64,000 bases of DNA from an uncultured Planctomycetales bacterium (lineage in GTDB: Bacteria; Omnitrophota; Gorgyraeia; Zapsychrales; CAYRXT01), in assembly GCA_964428315.1 (NCBI GenBank), contig CAYRXT010000009.1:4514-68513 (forward strand). Direction: 5' to 3'. The position numbers and the translations under genes are program-made. Shown here piece after piece: positions 1 through 9,281 of the stretch; position 1 is the stretch's first letter, and the number at the start of each line of letters is the position of its first letter. The notes below the pieces were generated by a model. The model was not told where the DNA came from. It saw nothing but the letters and a program-made list of their open reading frames with translations, and searched no databases.

Positions 1-1017
1 GGACAGATCCCGCGAGCGGATGTCCCGCTGGAAGGCGTTGAGCCCTTCTGGCATTACCGGAACAAGATGGAATTCTGTTTTACGGAAGACGAAAAGGGCC
101 TCCTGTGCCTGGGCGTGTTCCAGAGATTCCGCCACAATCGTACCGTTCCCGTCGAAGAGAGCGCCCTGGCCCATGAAAGGATCAATGAATGCGGGCGGGC
201 TGTTATCGGGAGGATGCGCGAAGAGGCAGTTCCCCTGGAACACCTGAAATCCGTCATATTCCGTTACAGTTATCATGACGATCAATGCCTGGCCGCCCTG
301 TTTGTCAAGGACCGCGATTTCGCGTGTTTCGACGTGGAAGCCCCTGTCCTGGCCGGATGGCAGATTGTGTATTCGGATCCGCTCTCCCCGGCGTCCAAGA
401 CGACAGAGGTCCTTCACCGCCGGGGAAGGGATACCCTTCACGAGGAGGTCGGGGGGCTTGTCCTGAAATATGTTCAGGACAGTTTTTTCCAGGTTCACGT
501 TCCGGGCTTTACGCGTCTGCTGGAATGGATCCGCCCTCTCGTCCGCGGCGGCCGCAGGCTCGTCGATCTCTACGGCGGGGTGGGCACGATAGGCCTATTC
601 CTTGCCGGGGATTTCGGCGAGGCCGTCATCATCGATAGTGATCAGAAGGCCGTGTCGGCCCTCCGCGAGAATGCCCGGTCAAACGGCGTGACCAACGTCC
701 TGGCCGCGGCCAAAACGGCGGAAAAGACGGACCTGGCACTTCTTCTCGGCGGTTGCAGCACCTTGGTCGTTGACCCTCCGCGCAGCGGCCTGCATCCCAA
801 GGTCACGCGGGCCATAATCCGGTCGGACGTCAGGCGGTTCATTTACATTTCCTGCAATCCTCTGACCCAGGCGCAGGATTTCGCTGAACTGAACAGGGCG
901 TATGACGTGATCGACTGGAGACTTTTTGATTTATATCCCCAGACGCCGCATGTGGAGAGCGTTTTGGTCATGGAAAAAAAGAGTCACCAGGTCACCAGGT
1001 CACATGTGCCCTGGTGA
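1..1017 (+). CDS. 23S rRNA (uracil-C5)-methyltransferase, RlmD/TrmA family (5' partial)
   Basis: Frame is open from base 1 (..FWHYRNKMEF). Motifs SFFQV, VDLYGGVGTIG, VDPPRSGL, YISCNP, DLYPQTPHVE. Confidence 0.9.
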   Translation, partial: GQIPRADVPLEGVEPFWHYRNKMEFCFTEDEKGLLCLGVFQRFRHNRTVPVEESALAHERINECGRAVIGRMREEAVPLEHLKSVIFRYSYHDDQCLAALFVKDRDFACFDVEAPVLAGWQIVYSDPLSPASKTTEVLHRRGRDTLHEEVGGLVLKYVQDSFFQVHVPGFTRLLEWIRPLVRGGRRLVDLYGGVGTIGLFLAGDFGEAVIIDSDQKAVSALRENARSNGVTNVLAAAKTAEKTDLALLLGGCSTLVVDPPRSGLHPKVTRAIIRSDVRRFIYISCNPLTQAQDFAELNRAYDVIDWRLFDLYPQTPHVESVLVMEKKSHQVTRSHVPW

Positions 1018-1036
1018 CATTGTGACGTGGCGACCT
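983..1036. repeat. Octamer tandem repeat forming an inverted-repeat hairpin
   Basis: GTCACCAG GTCACCAG GTCACATG then CTGGTGAC ATTGTGAC GTGGCGAC. Related copy at 61546-61710. Confidence 0.75.
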
Positions 1037-1054
1037 ATTAAGTGAGGAGGTCCT

Positions 1055-1921
1055 ATGAAAGTATCCATTCTCGGAACAGGACTCATGGGGTTCCCCATGG
1101 CGGAGAAACTGCTCGAGGCCGGGCATTCGGTCTTCGCCTATAACCGAACCAGAGAAAAGGCATTGCCCCTGGAAGCGAAAGGGGCGCAGGTTATGCATAG
1201 CCCCGACGAGGCCGTGGGCCGGGCCGAATGCGTTGTGGTGATGGTCTCTGACGCGAAGGCCGTAGGAGATTTACTGTTCAGCGACGCTTACCGTCCGGAC
1301 CTGGCCAAAAAGACCGTCATCCAGATGAGCACCATCGGCCCTGAAGAAAGCCGGGGCTTTAACGAAAAGGTCCTTGTGGCCGGGGGCGAATATCTCGAAT
1401 GTCCCGTGCTGGGAAGCATCAGACAGGTCAGGGAAAGATCCCTGATCCTGATGTTCGGCGGCTCGTCTCAACAATTCGATCGCTGGCGCCCCTTTCTCCG
1501 GTGTTTCGGGGAGAAATGCGTGCGCGCCGGAGAAGTCGGGCAGGCCGCGGCCCTGAAGCTGGCCATGAACCAGCTGATCGCCTCGCATATCGCGGGTTTT
1601 TCCCAGAGTCTCGCCCTGGTCCAAAAATCGGGGGTAGACGTGGACGTCTTCCAGAGGGTGCTTCACGACAGCGCCCTGCACGCCCCGATGTTCGACGCCA
1701 AGCTCCCCAACCTGCTGGGGCATTCTTACGATCATCCGAATTTTCCGCTCCGTCACTTGATCAAAGACGTCAGGCTTTTCCTAGAAACGGTGGACCGCTT
1801 CGGAATCGATACGGCTCCTTCAAAGGGTATAGCAAATGTGCTGGAGAAAGCACTGGCGCAGGGGAAGTCGGGACAAGACTATAGTTGTGTGTTTGAGACA
1901 ATACAGGGTCGGGAAGAATAG
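1055..1921 (+). CDS. NAD(P)-dependent oxidoreductase, 3-hydroxyisobutyrate dehydrogenase family
   Basis: GTGLMGFPMA Rossmann motif, YNRT, MSTIGP, ECPVLGS, LKLAMN; RBS GAGGAGG. Confidence 0.9.
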   Translation: MKVSILGTGLMGFPMAEKLLEAGHSVFAYNRTREKALPLEAKGAQVMHSPDEAVGRAECVVVMVSDAKAVGDLLFSDAYRPDLAKKTVIQMSTIGPEESRGFNEKVLVAGGEYLECPVLGSIRQVRERSLILMFGGSSQQFDRWRPFLRCFGEKCVRAGEVGQAAALKLAMNQLIASHIAGFSQSLALVQKSGVDVDVFQRVLHDSALHAPMFDAKLPNLLGHSYDHPNFPLRHLIKDVRLFLETVDRFGIDTAPSKGIANVLEKALAQGKSGQDYSCVFETIQGREE

Positions 1922-1951
1922 ATACACTCTGATTTAACCGGGATTGAAACC

Positions 1952-2887
1952 ATGACCAGCCTTCCGCAAGAGTTCGTTCAGCGTCTGAAAATGATCATCC
2001 CCAGGGAATCCTTGGATGAAGTCCTGGAGTCTTTTTCCCGGCAGGGGCCGGTGGCGATCCGCGTCAATACCCTGAGGTCACACAAGGACAAAGTGTGCTT
2101 CTTTTTAAGACGGCAGAAGATGAATTATCAGCATGTCGGCTGGTACCATGACGCCCTAGTCCTGGAAAACGCCGATAAAAGGGAGCTGACCGAATCGTCC
2201 CTGGTCCAAAACGGTTTTATCTTTATTCAGAGCCTGTCCAGCATGCTTGTCCCGCTCATCCTAGATCCGAAACCGGGGGAATCCATTCTGGATATGTGCG
2301 CTGCTCCGGGCGGCAAGGCCACGCAAATGGCCGCCCTCATGCAGAACAGGGGAGACATCCTCGCCTTGGAGAGCGTCAAACCGCGTTTTTATAAGCTCAA
2401 ATCGGTGACCGGACTTCTCGACGCGCGCATTGTCGAGCCGAAACTCGTCGATGCCAGGCGTTTCAGCCGGGGCGTCAACCTCTTTGACAAGATCCTCGTT
2501 GACGCGCCGTGCAGTGCGGAAGGACGGTTCAAGACGTTTAGGCCCAAGAGCATGGGGTTCTGGAGCCCGCGGAAGATCAAAGAGATGGCAAAGAAACAGA
2601 AGGCCCTTCTCCTGAACGCCTGCCGCCTGCTGAAGCCCGGCGGCATCCTGGTCTATTCGACCTGCACCTTTGCGCCGGAAGAGAACGAGGTGATGATGGA
2701 CTGGCTGTTGAAGAACCCGCAAAACCGTATGAGGCTTTTGCGACCGGAGAATTTTCCCGTTCACACCTATCCTGCCATGACGGAATGGAACAACAAACCG
2801 CTTAATCAGGAAATCAGGAGGACGGTCCGCATCCTGCCGACCCGTGATATGGAGGGCTTCTTTATCGCCAAACTCATGAAGACATGA
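1952..2887 (+). CDS. RsmB/NOP2 (RsmF-like) RNA cytosine-C5 methyltransferase
   Basis: LDMCAAPGGKA, LVDAPCS, VYSTCT, EENE, EGFFIAKL. Confidence 0.92.
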   Translation: MTSLPQEFVQRLKMIIPRESLDEVLESFSRQGPVAIRVNTLRSHKDKVCFFLRRQKMNYQHVGWYHDALVLENADKRELTESSLVQNGFIFIQSLSSMLVPLILDPKPGESILDMCAAPGGKATQMAALMQNRGDILALESVKPRFYKLKSVTGLLDARIVEPKLVDARRFSRGVNLFDKILVDAPCSAEGRFKTFRPKSMGFWSPRKIKEMAKKQKALLLNACRLLKPGGILVYSTCTFAPEENEVMMDWLLKNPQNRMRLLRPENFPVHTYPAMTEWNNKPLNQEIRRTVRILPTRDMEGFFIAKLMKT

Positions 2888-2901
2888 CCGCGCCATAAGT
2901 G

Positions 2902-2929
2902 TTGACAAAAGACCCAGTCTTTTTATAAT
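2902..2929 (+). promoter_or_regulatory. Sigma70-type promoter of metE with a palindrome in the spacer
   Basis: TTGACA (2902-2907), 16 nt, TATAAT (2924-2929). The spacer holds AAAAGAC-CCA-GTCTTTT. Confidence 0.7.
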
Positions 2930-3000
2930 AAATCCAATTCATGGACCGGACTTCAAGGATTTTTGGCGGTCCTCCGACTGAATAATGAAAGGAGCTTTCT

Positions 3001-5151
3001 GTGAAAACCTATGCTTACGGATTTCCCCGGCTGGGCTTAAAAAGAGAATACAAAAAGTCTATCGAGGCCTTCTGGAAGGGTGACGCTTCCGAATCGCAGA
3101 CAAGGTCAGCCCTGGATCAGCTGCAGGAATCGATGCTGGACGCATACAAGGGCGCGGCGGACATGTTTCCCGTGGGGGAGATGACCGGCTATGACAACAT
3201 GTTCGATACCGCCATCATGGTGGGCCTTTACAAACCCAATAACCTCAAGGATTACTACGAGCTTTGCCGGGGTAAAAACGCGCTGGAGATGACCAAGTGG
3301 TTCAACACCAATTACCATTACCTTGTGCCCGACTTTTCCCGGTTCGAGGACGTCGAATTTTCACCGCAATGGAACAAGGCTAAAGAATACCTGGACAAAT
3401 TCAAAAAGGGCATACCCTATTTCATCGGTCCGTTCACTTTTTTAAAATTGAGCAAGGGGCTCTCCGGCGGACAGTTTAAGACCTGTCTTGAGCAATTGAC
3501 CGCCGTTTACAAAGAGCTCATATCCGGCCTGCCGGAGGTGCATTTTGACGAGCCGGCCTTTGTCCTTGAACTCGACAGAGACGAGATCGAACAGGTCAAG
3601 GAGGCTTACCGGCAGTTTGAGGGGATCGAGACAAAGATCCATCTTTTCACGTACTACGACAGCGTCGATTGCCTTAAGGATCTCTACGATCTTCCGGTGG
3701 CCTCCATCGGGCTGGATTTCGTCCATGGCCATAAGAATATCCAGGGGATTAAAGAAAACGGGTTCCCCAATGACAAGACGCTGATCGCGGGGGTGGTTGA
3801 CGGCCGCAACGTCTGGAAGACCGATATCCGTTCGGCGGTGGCGGTCCTGCGTGAGCTCTCCGACAAGGTGGACTCCCTTGCCGTCTCCAACGCCGGCCCC
3901 TTGTTCCATCTGCCCATCACAACACAGGGAGAAGAACTGGACGAGAAGCTCCTCGCCCGTCTTTCTTTCGCCAGGGAAAAACTCGATGAAATCCGCTCGG
4001 TCGCTCAGGCTTACGACAGCGGCGAGGGCGGGGCTTCTGTCCCGAAGGACGGATTCGGCCGCAATCAGACGGTCCAGGAGAGGATTACGAAGCTCAAAGA
4101 GGACGATTTCCAGAAGGGTATTCCCGTCGAAGAGCGGCGAAAAAAACATGACGAAATCCTGAAACTCCCGCTTTTTCCGACCACCACCATTGGCAGTTAC
4201 CCGCAGACACCCGAGGTGCGCAAAGCGCGCGCCGATTTCCGAAAGGGCAGGATGTCGGCCGAGGACTACTCCTCTTTTGTCGAAAAGAAAATCAGGGAAC
4301 TGGTCGCCTTCCAGGAAGAGACCGGTCTGGACGTGCTCGTTCACGGTGAATTCGAACGGACCGATATGGTGGAGTTTTTCGCCGAAAAGATGGAGGGGAT
4401 CGCGACGACGAAAAACGGATGGATCATCTCCTACGGGACCCGCGGATACCGTCCTCCGATCATTTTCGGGGACGTGGCGCGGCCGGAACCCATGACCATC
4501 AAGGAGATCCAGTTTGCCCAGTCGCTGACGAACAAACCCGTCAAGGGCATGCTCACCGGGGCGGTGACGATTATCGCCTGGAGCTTCGTGCGCGAGGATA
4601 TCCCGATCCGGGACGTGTCCTTCCAGATCGGACTGGCCCTGCGTGATGAGATCCGGGATTATGAAAAGGCGGGCATAAGGATCGTTCAGGTGGACGAGCC
4701 TGCCATCCGCGAGAGGGCCCCGATCAAGAAAAAGGACTGGCCGCATTATTTTGACTGGGCCATCAAATCCTTCCGGCTCGCCACGAACACCGACCCCAAA
4801 ACCCAGATCCACACGCATATGTGCTATTCGGAGTTCGGTGAGATCGTCGAGCAGATCGACGCGATGGACTTCGACGTGATTTCGATCGAAACCACCCGCA
4901 GCCGGGGCGATATCATCGAGAGTTTCGAAAAGATCGATTTCAAGAAACAGATCGGACTGGGCGTCTGGGACATCCATTCCCCGGCGGTCCCTTCCGTCAA
5001 GGACATGAAGGAGGTTGTGGAGAGGGCCCTGCGGGTTATCCCAAAAGAGAATTTCTGGATCAATCCCGACTGCGGGCTGAAGACACGGAACTGGGAAGAG
5101 ACGAAACAGTCTCTGAAGAACCTCGTGGATCTCAGCCGTCAGCTGCGCTGA
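3001..5151 (+). CDS. metE: Cobalamin-independent methionine synthase
   Basis: GFPRLG, MTKWFNTNYHY, PTTTIGSYPQT, HGEFERTDMVEFF, HTHMCYSEF, NPDCGLKTR; GTG start after AAAGGAG. Confidence 0.97.
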   Translation: MKTYAYGFPRLGLKREYKKSIEAFWKGDASESQTRSALDQLQESMLDAYKGAADMFPVGEMTGYDNMFDTAIMVGLYKPNNLKDYYELCRGKNALEMTKWFNTNYHYLVPDFSRFEDVEFSPQWNKAKEYLDKFKKGIPYFIGPFTFLKLSKGLSGGQFKTCLEQLTAVYKELISGLPEVHFDEPAFVLELDRDEIEQVKEAYRQFEGIETKIHLFTYYDSVDCLKDLYDLPVASIGLDFVHGHKNIQGIKENGFPNDKTLIAGVVDGRNVWKTDIRSAVAVLRELSDKVDSLAVSNAGPLFHLPITTQGEELDEKLLARLSFAREKLDEIRSVAQAYDSGEGGASVPKDGFGRNQTVQERITKLKEDDFQKGIPVEERRKKHDEILKLPLFPTTTIGSYPQTPEVRKARADFRKGRMSAEDYSSFVEKKIRELVAFQEETGLDVLVHGEFERTDMVEFFAEKMEGIATTKNGWIISYGTRGYRPPIIFGDVARPEPMTIKEIQFAQSLTNKPVKGMLTGAVTIIAWSFVREDIPIRDVSFQIGLALRDEIRDYEKAGIRIVQVDEPAIRERAPIKKKDWPHYFDWAIKSFRLATNTDPKTQIHTHMCYSEFGEIVEQIDAMDFDVISIETTRSRGDIIESFEKIDFKKQIGLGVWDIHSPAVPSVKDMKEVVERALRVIPKENFWINPDCGLKTRNWEETKQSLKNLVDLSRQLR

Positions 5152-5176
5152 AGTCGGGGGGCCGGCCCCTTATCAG

Positions 5177-5851
5177 ATGTATCTTACAGGCCATATCTTC
5201 GATTATTTTCTCGTCTACTGGGCGGGTGTGCTCGTCAGCTTTACACCCTGCATCTATCCTGTCTTACCGATCACGGCCGGATTTATCGCGGGCGTGAACA
5301 CCCGCGGCACAAAGCTGATGGGATTCATCATCTCGCTGGTTTATGTGCTGGGGATCGCCGTCACCTACTGCGCACTGGCTGTCTTTGCCACTTTGAGCGG
5401 ATCGGTGTTCGGACAGTGGCAGAACCAACCGGCGGTGTATTTCGCCGTGGCCAACATACTGCTTTTTTTCGCGCTGGCCATGCTGGACGTTGTCCCCTTG
5501 CCGAGCCTGGGCATTAACGCGCAGAGCCGGGCGCGGCCGAGAACCCTTTGGGCGGTCCTGGCGATGGGGCTCGCCGCCGGATTGGTCATAGGCCCCTGCA
5601 CCGCGCCCGTCTTGGGCACCCTTCTCTTGTATGTGGCCGCGAAGAACAATCTTGTCCACGGGGTGAGCCTGCTTTTTGTTTTTTCCTATGGCGTCGGCAC
5701 TTCGCTGATCCTGGTGGGGACCTTCAGCGGTCTCCTGGCGAATCTGCCCCGGTCGGGGCCTTGGCTGTTCCGTATAAAGCGTTTTTGCGGCTTTGTGCTT
5801 TTGTTCGCGGCTGAATATTTTTTGATCATGGCCGGGCGCATGATTCTGTAA
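5177..5851 (+). CDS. CcdA/DsbD-type transmembrane electron transporter (cytochrome c biogenesis family)
   Basis: SFTPCIYPVLP and GPCTAPVLG Cys motifs; about six hydrophobic segments. Confidence 0.88.
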   Translation: MYLTGHIFDYFLVYWAGVLVSFTPCIYPVLPITAGFIAGVNTRGTKLMGFIISLVYVLGIAVTYCALAVFATLSGSVFGQWQNQPAVYFAVANILLFFALAMLDVVPLPSLGINAQSRARPRTLWAVLAMGLAAGLVIGPCTAPVLGTLLLYVAAKNNLVHGVSLLFVFSYGVGTSLILVGTFSGLLANLPRSGPWLFRIKRFCGFVLLFAAEYFLIMAGRMIL

Positions 5852-5875
5852 AATGTCAAGGAAGAGGAGTGTTCT

Positions 5876-6865
5876 ATGAGGAGAGCTTATTTTAACGGAA
5901 AGACAGCGGCCGCGGCCGGCTTATTTTTGTTTTTAATGATATGTCCGGCGTGTGCTCAGGTCCCGGACTCGCCGCGTGAGGTAGAATTCCAGTATTTGGT
6001 ACATATCAAAGGGATTCCCGAGGATGCCCGGAATGTGCGCGTCTGGTTCCCTGTCGTGCAGAACACCCCCCTGCAGGATGTGCGGCGTTTTGAGATCAAC
6101 CCCGAGGAAGGCCCCCGGATGACCAGCGATGACAGATTCGGGAATGAAATGATTTACCTGGACACCGCCACTCCGGAAACAAAGGATCTTCAGATCTTCG
6201 CCCGCTACCAGGTCAAGAGGTCGGCTTTTGTCAACCGGCCGGACAATCCGTACGCGCGGAATGAAAAAGGCCGTGAGGATTTGAAAAGATTTCTTCTCCC
6301 CGACCGGCTTGTTCCGGTTAACGCGGAAACGCGCCAGCTGGCCTCGCTCGTCACCGGGGGGAAGACAACGTCATGGGACAAGGCCAGGGCCATATACGAT
6401 TATGTGATTGAACACACGGAGTTCAGCCGGAAGGTCCCGGGTTGGGGTTACGGCAACGCGGAGAGGATCATCCTTTTAAAGACAGGCGACTCCACGGATT
6501 TTCATTCTTTGTTTATCGCTCTTTGCCGGTCCAGCGGTATCCCCGCCAAATTCATTATCGGTGTCGATCTGCCCACGCGGGAGCGCGAGTTCATATCGAG
6601 CTATTACGCCTGGGCTGAATTTCATGATGAGACCCTGGGGTGGGTTCCGGTGGATATCGCCCGGGCCAAGGCGACCGGCCAAGAGGACGCCTTTTTCGGG
6701 GCCGTCGATGCCAACCGGCTGCAGCTCAGCCACGGCCGGGATATCCGGCTCGAGCCCGAGCCGGAGGGCGGGCCGCTGAATTTCTTTGTTTATCCCTATG
6801 TCGAGGTCGACGGCCGATTGCACAGGGACCTCACCGTCACGCTCAAGCACAAAGATATCCCCTGA
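5876..6865 (+). CDS. Secreted transglutaminase-like protein with degenerate catalytic triad
   Basis: Signal peptide; KARAIYDYV, GDSTDFHSLFIALCRSSGIPA, YYAWAEF, GWVPVD, PLNFFVYPYVEVDG. Confidence 0.85.
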   Translation: MRRAYFNGKTAAAAGLFLFLMICPACAQVPDSPREVEFQYLVHIKGIPEDARNVRVWFPVVQNTPLQDVRRFEINPEEGPRMTSDDRFGNEMIYLDTATPETKDLQIFARYQVKRSAFVNRPDNPYARNEKGREDLKRFLLPDRLVPVNAETRQLASLVTGGKTTSWDKARAIYDYVIEHTEFSRKVPGWGYGNAERIILLKTGDSTDFHSLFIALCRSSGIPAKFIIGVDLPTREREFISSYYAWAEFHDETLGWVPVDIARAKATGQEDAFFGAVDANRLQLSHGRDIRLEPEPEGGPLNFFVYPYVEVDGRLHRDLTVTLKHKDIP

Positions 6866-6889
6866 TCCGCGCGCCGGCGGCTTTTTTAC

Positions 6890-6913
6890 TTGACATACCC
6901 CCCAGGGGTATGT
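6890..6913 (+). promoter_or_regulatory. CsoR-type operator overlapping the -35 box
   Basis: Perfect palindrome ACATACCCC-CCA-GGGGTATGT (6893-6913) overlapping TTGACA (6890-6895), directly upstream of a CsoR gene. Confidence 0.85.
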
Positions 6914-6939
6914 TACCCTTTCCCTTAGTGAGGTGAATC

Positions 6940-7224
6940 ATGCGCACGCATCCGGATCATAAAGCCAGTCTTGACGCACTGCGTCGCATCGAAGGTCAGG
7001 TGCGGGGCATTCAGAAGATGGTCGAGTCCAAGCGTTATTGCGTGGACATCCTCACACAGTTAAGCGCGGCCCATTCGGCCATCCTGCGCGTCCAGGACAG
7101 TATTCTGGAAAAGCATCTCGATCATTGCGTGAAGAACGCCATCGCCGGAAAATCCGGCCGTGACCGCCAGCAAAAGATCAATGAAATATTCGGCCTTTTA
7201 AAAAGGTTCAGAAAAAATGGATGA
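6940..7224 (+). CDS. csoR: Metal-sensing transcriptional repressor, CsoR/RcnR family
   Basis: LRRIEGQVRGIQKM, YCVDILTQ, HLDHCV (Cys-His-Cys copper-type fingerprint). Confidence 0.9.
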   Translation: MRTHPDHKASLDALRRIEGQVRGIQKMVESKRYCVDILTQLSAAHSAILRVQDSILEKHLDHCVKNAIAGKSGRDRQQKINEIFGLLKRFRKNG

Positions 7225-7627
7225 TTTCCGAAAATTCAGCCCGTTGATGGTTATTGTCCTGGCCGGCCTTTTCGGCCTCTCGACGGTTTTCTGTTGCTGC
7301 TGGGGAGACATGGCCGAGACGGCTGCGCAGAGAGAGGCAGGCTGTTGCCGTGCCGGTTCCGGGGGCTTCTTTAGCGCCGATTCCCCGGAGATTATGTCCT
7401 CCGGCCGCAACGAGGCCTCTTGCTATTGCCATGACAACAAGGGTATAGCCCTCGAAAGTCAAGAATCCTCTTTTAAGCACTCTCAGGCTGATACCGGTCA
7501 TTTCTGTGTCGCGTCTTTGAAGACTGTCACGGATGACTGTTTTTCCGCTTGTTCTGTCCCGGGTTTCCGGAATCTTGCGGGTTCTCCGACCCGTCTTTTC
7601 CTGCAATTCTCCACACTGCGCCTCTAG
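7217..7627 (+). CDS. Hypothetical Cys-rich exported protein
   Basis: Overlaps the csoR stop; hydrophobic N-terminus then CCC, CC and CxC motifs. Confidence 0.6.
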   Translation: MDDFRKFSPLMVIVLAGLFGLSTVFCCCWGDMAETAAQREAGCCRAGSGGFFSADSPEIMSSGRNEASCYCHDNKGIALESQESSFKHSQADTGHFCVASLKTVTDDCFSACSVPGFRNLAGSPTRLFLQFSTLRL

Positions 7628-7695
7628 TATTTCTCTGCAAAACATGCCAGTTTGTCAAGCCGCATAGTTTGTTACCGTTGAACAAAGGTGGATCC

Positions 7696-8160
7696 ATGTT
7701 TAAGTTGAAAAATATCATCCTGTTTTTGGGTGTTTTCATTATCCTCGTAGCGTCGGTCTCTGAAGCCCGATCCCAGGAGTTAGAGGCGTTCGTGCGGCGG
7801 GCGCTGGATGAAAACCCCCGCATCGAGGCCGCCTATCAGCAATGGCAGGCCCAAATTCATAAAGTCACCCAGGAGGGCGCCTTTCCTGATCCGAAGGCCT
7901 CTTACGGGTATTTCGGGGAATACATAGAAACCAGGACCGGTCCGCAGGAAGAGAAATACGGCGTGTCACAAAGGGTCCCCTTCCCGGGTAAGCTCACCCT
8001 CAAAAGGAGAATACAGGAGAAGGTGGCCTTAGCGGCCGGATTGAAGTATGAGAGCGTCCGCCGGGAAGTGGTCAAGGATGTGAAACGCGTTTATTACGAA
8101 CTCTTCTGGATCGACAGGGCCATTGAGATAACGGAAGAGAAGATTAACTTGGACCTATAA
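7696..8160 (+). pseudogene. Truncated TolC/CusC-like outer-membrane efflux protein (N-terminal ~154 aa)
   Basis: Signal peptide, ALDENPRIEAA, AFPDP, GVSQRVPFPGKL, VKRVYYELF, then a stop; this family is normally >400 aa. Confidence 0.75.
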
Positions 8161-8264
8161 CCGAATGGTCACCATAGGGCATTGACCCTAGATAGGAGAA
8201 TGGTGTTCGCCGACTCATAATTCTACTCCAAACAGTAAAACCGGAAAATAGGAGGAGGGACAAC

Positions 8265-8624
8265 ATGAAGATCAGAACGTTTTTACTGTCCATGACGATT
8301 TTTGCGCTGGCTGCGGGTTTGGCTTACGCTGACTGCGGTATGTGCGGCGCCGGGACCAAAGCGGAGGGTCATGAGCATAAGGCAGCCGCAACCGAGCAGG
8401 GCCTTGTCAAAGTGAATAATGCGATCTGTCCGGTCAGCGGACAAAAAGTCGGCGAGATGGGGGAGGCCTTTCATGTGTCTTATCAGGGGAAGGTCTACAA
8501 TCTCTGCTGCGCGATGTGCAAAAAGGATTTCTTGGAAGATCCGGAGAAATACAGCGCGATCGCCGAGGAATCCGCTCAGAAAATGAAGCAAGAAAAGGAA
8601 ACGGAGGGCGCAGACAGGCGTTAA
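8265..8624 (+). CDS. Exported YHS/TRASH-domain metal-binding protein
   Basis: Signal peptide, CGMC, GHEH, NAICPVSG...YQGKVYNLCCAMCKKDF..DPEKY; RBS GGAGGAGG. Confidence 0.88.
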   Translation: MKIRTFLLSMTIFALAAGLAYADCGMCGAGTKAEGHEHKAAATEQGLVKVNNAICPVSGQKVGEMGEAFHVSYQGKVYNLCCAMCKKDFLEDPEKYSAIAEESAQKMKQEKETEGADRR

Positions 8625-8766
8625 TCCGCGATGCGTTTTGCATCGACGGATGAATGACGTTGTGTTTGTCAGGCGGCACCGGGCCTGTCCAGGTTTCCGG
8701 GACTATCCGTCTGGATGAGGGGGGAAACCCGGGAAAAGAGCGGCGGGCAATCTTTGCCTTTTTCTG

Positions 8767-8795
8767 TTAACACTTTCCGCAGGCCGCGTTATAAT
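8767..8795 (+). promoter_or_regulatory. Putative sigma70 promoter
   Basis: TTAACA-17 nt-TATAAT upstream of the response regulator. Confidence 0.55.
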
Positions 8796-8851
8796 ACTCC
8801 TCGCAAGAGTAGCGAACAACCCGTTATTGCGGATGGGAAAAGGAGCGAGAC

Positions 8852-9241
8852 ATGACAGAGCCTTCCGGACATAAGCGCAAGATCCTCGTCATCGACGATG
8901 ATCCTGTTATATTAAAGATGCTCTCGGAACGACTGAAAGCCAACGGGTACGACGTCCATCAGGCCTCTGAGGCCGCCGTCGGTCTGGACATGGTATTTCA
9001 CGCTGACCACGACCTGATTATCCTGGACGTCATGATGCCGATCATCAACGGCTACAATTTCTGCCGGCTGGTGAAGACGCAGGAAAAACTCCGCTCAATC
9101 CCTATCATTATGGTGACGGGCCGCTCCGAAGAAACGGACAAGGAGATCGGAGAGGAAGTCGGCGCCGACGCCTACATCACCAAGCCATTCCAGATGGAAG
9201 ACATCCTGACAACCATAAAAAACTTCTTGCAGAAATCATAA
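8852..9241 (+). CDS. Single-domain response regulator (receiver)
   Basis: ILVIDDD, LDVMMP, NGY, VTG, ITKPF. Confidence 0.93.
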   Translation: MTEPSGHKRKILVIDDDPVILKMLSERLKANGYDVHQASEAAVGLDMVFHADHDLIILDVMMPIINGYNFCRLVKTQEKLRSIPIIMVTGRSEETDKEIGEEVGADAYITKPFQMEDILTTIKNFLQKS

Positions 9242-9281
9242 GACCCGTTCGTCATCCGGTCATCCATTATTCTGCCTCAGA

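Noticed and set aside
2931-3000. SAM-I or cobalamin riboswitch before metE
   Set aside because: The leader is too short and lacks the conserved cores of these riboswitches.
3442-4977. 511-aa minus-strand ORF
   Set aside because: Antisense shadow of metE, expected from codon bias in GC-rich DNA.
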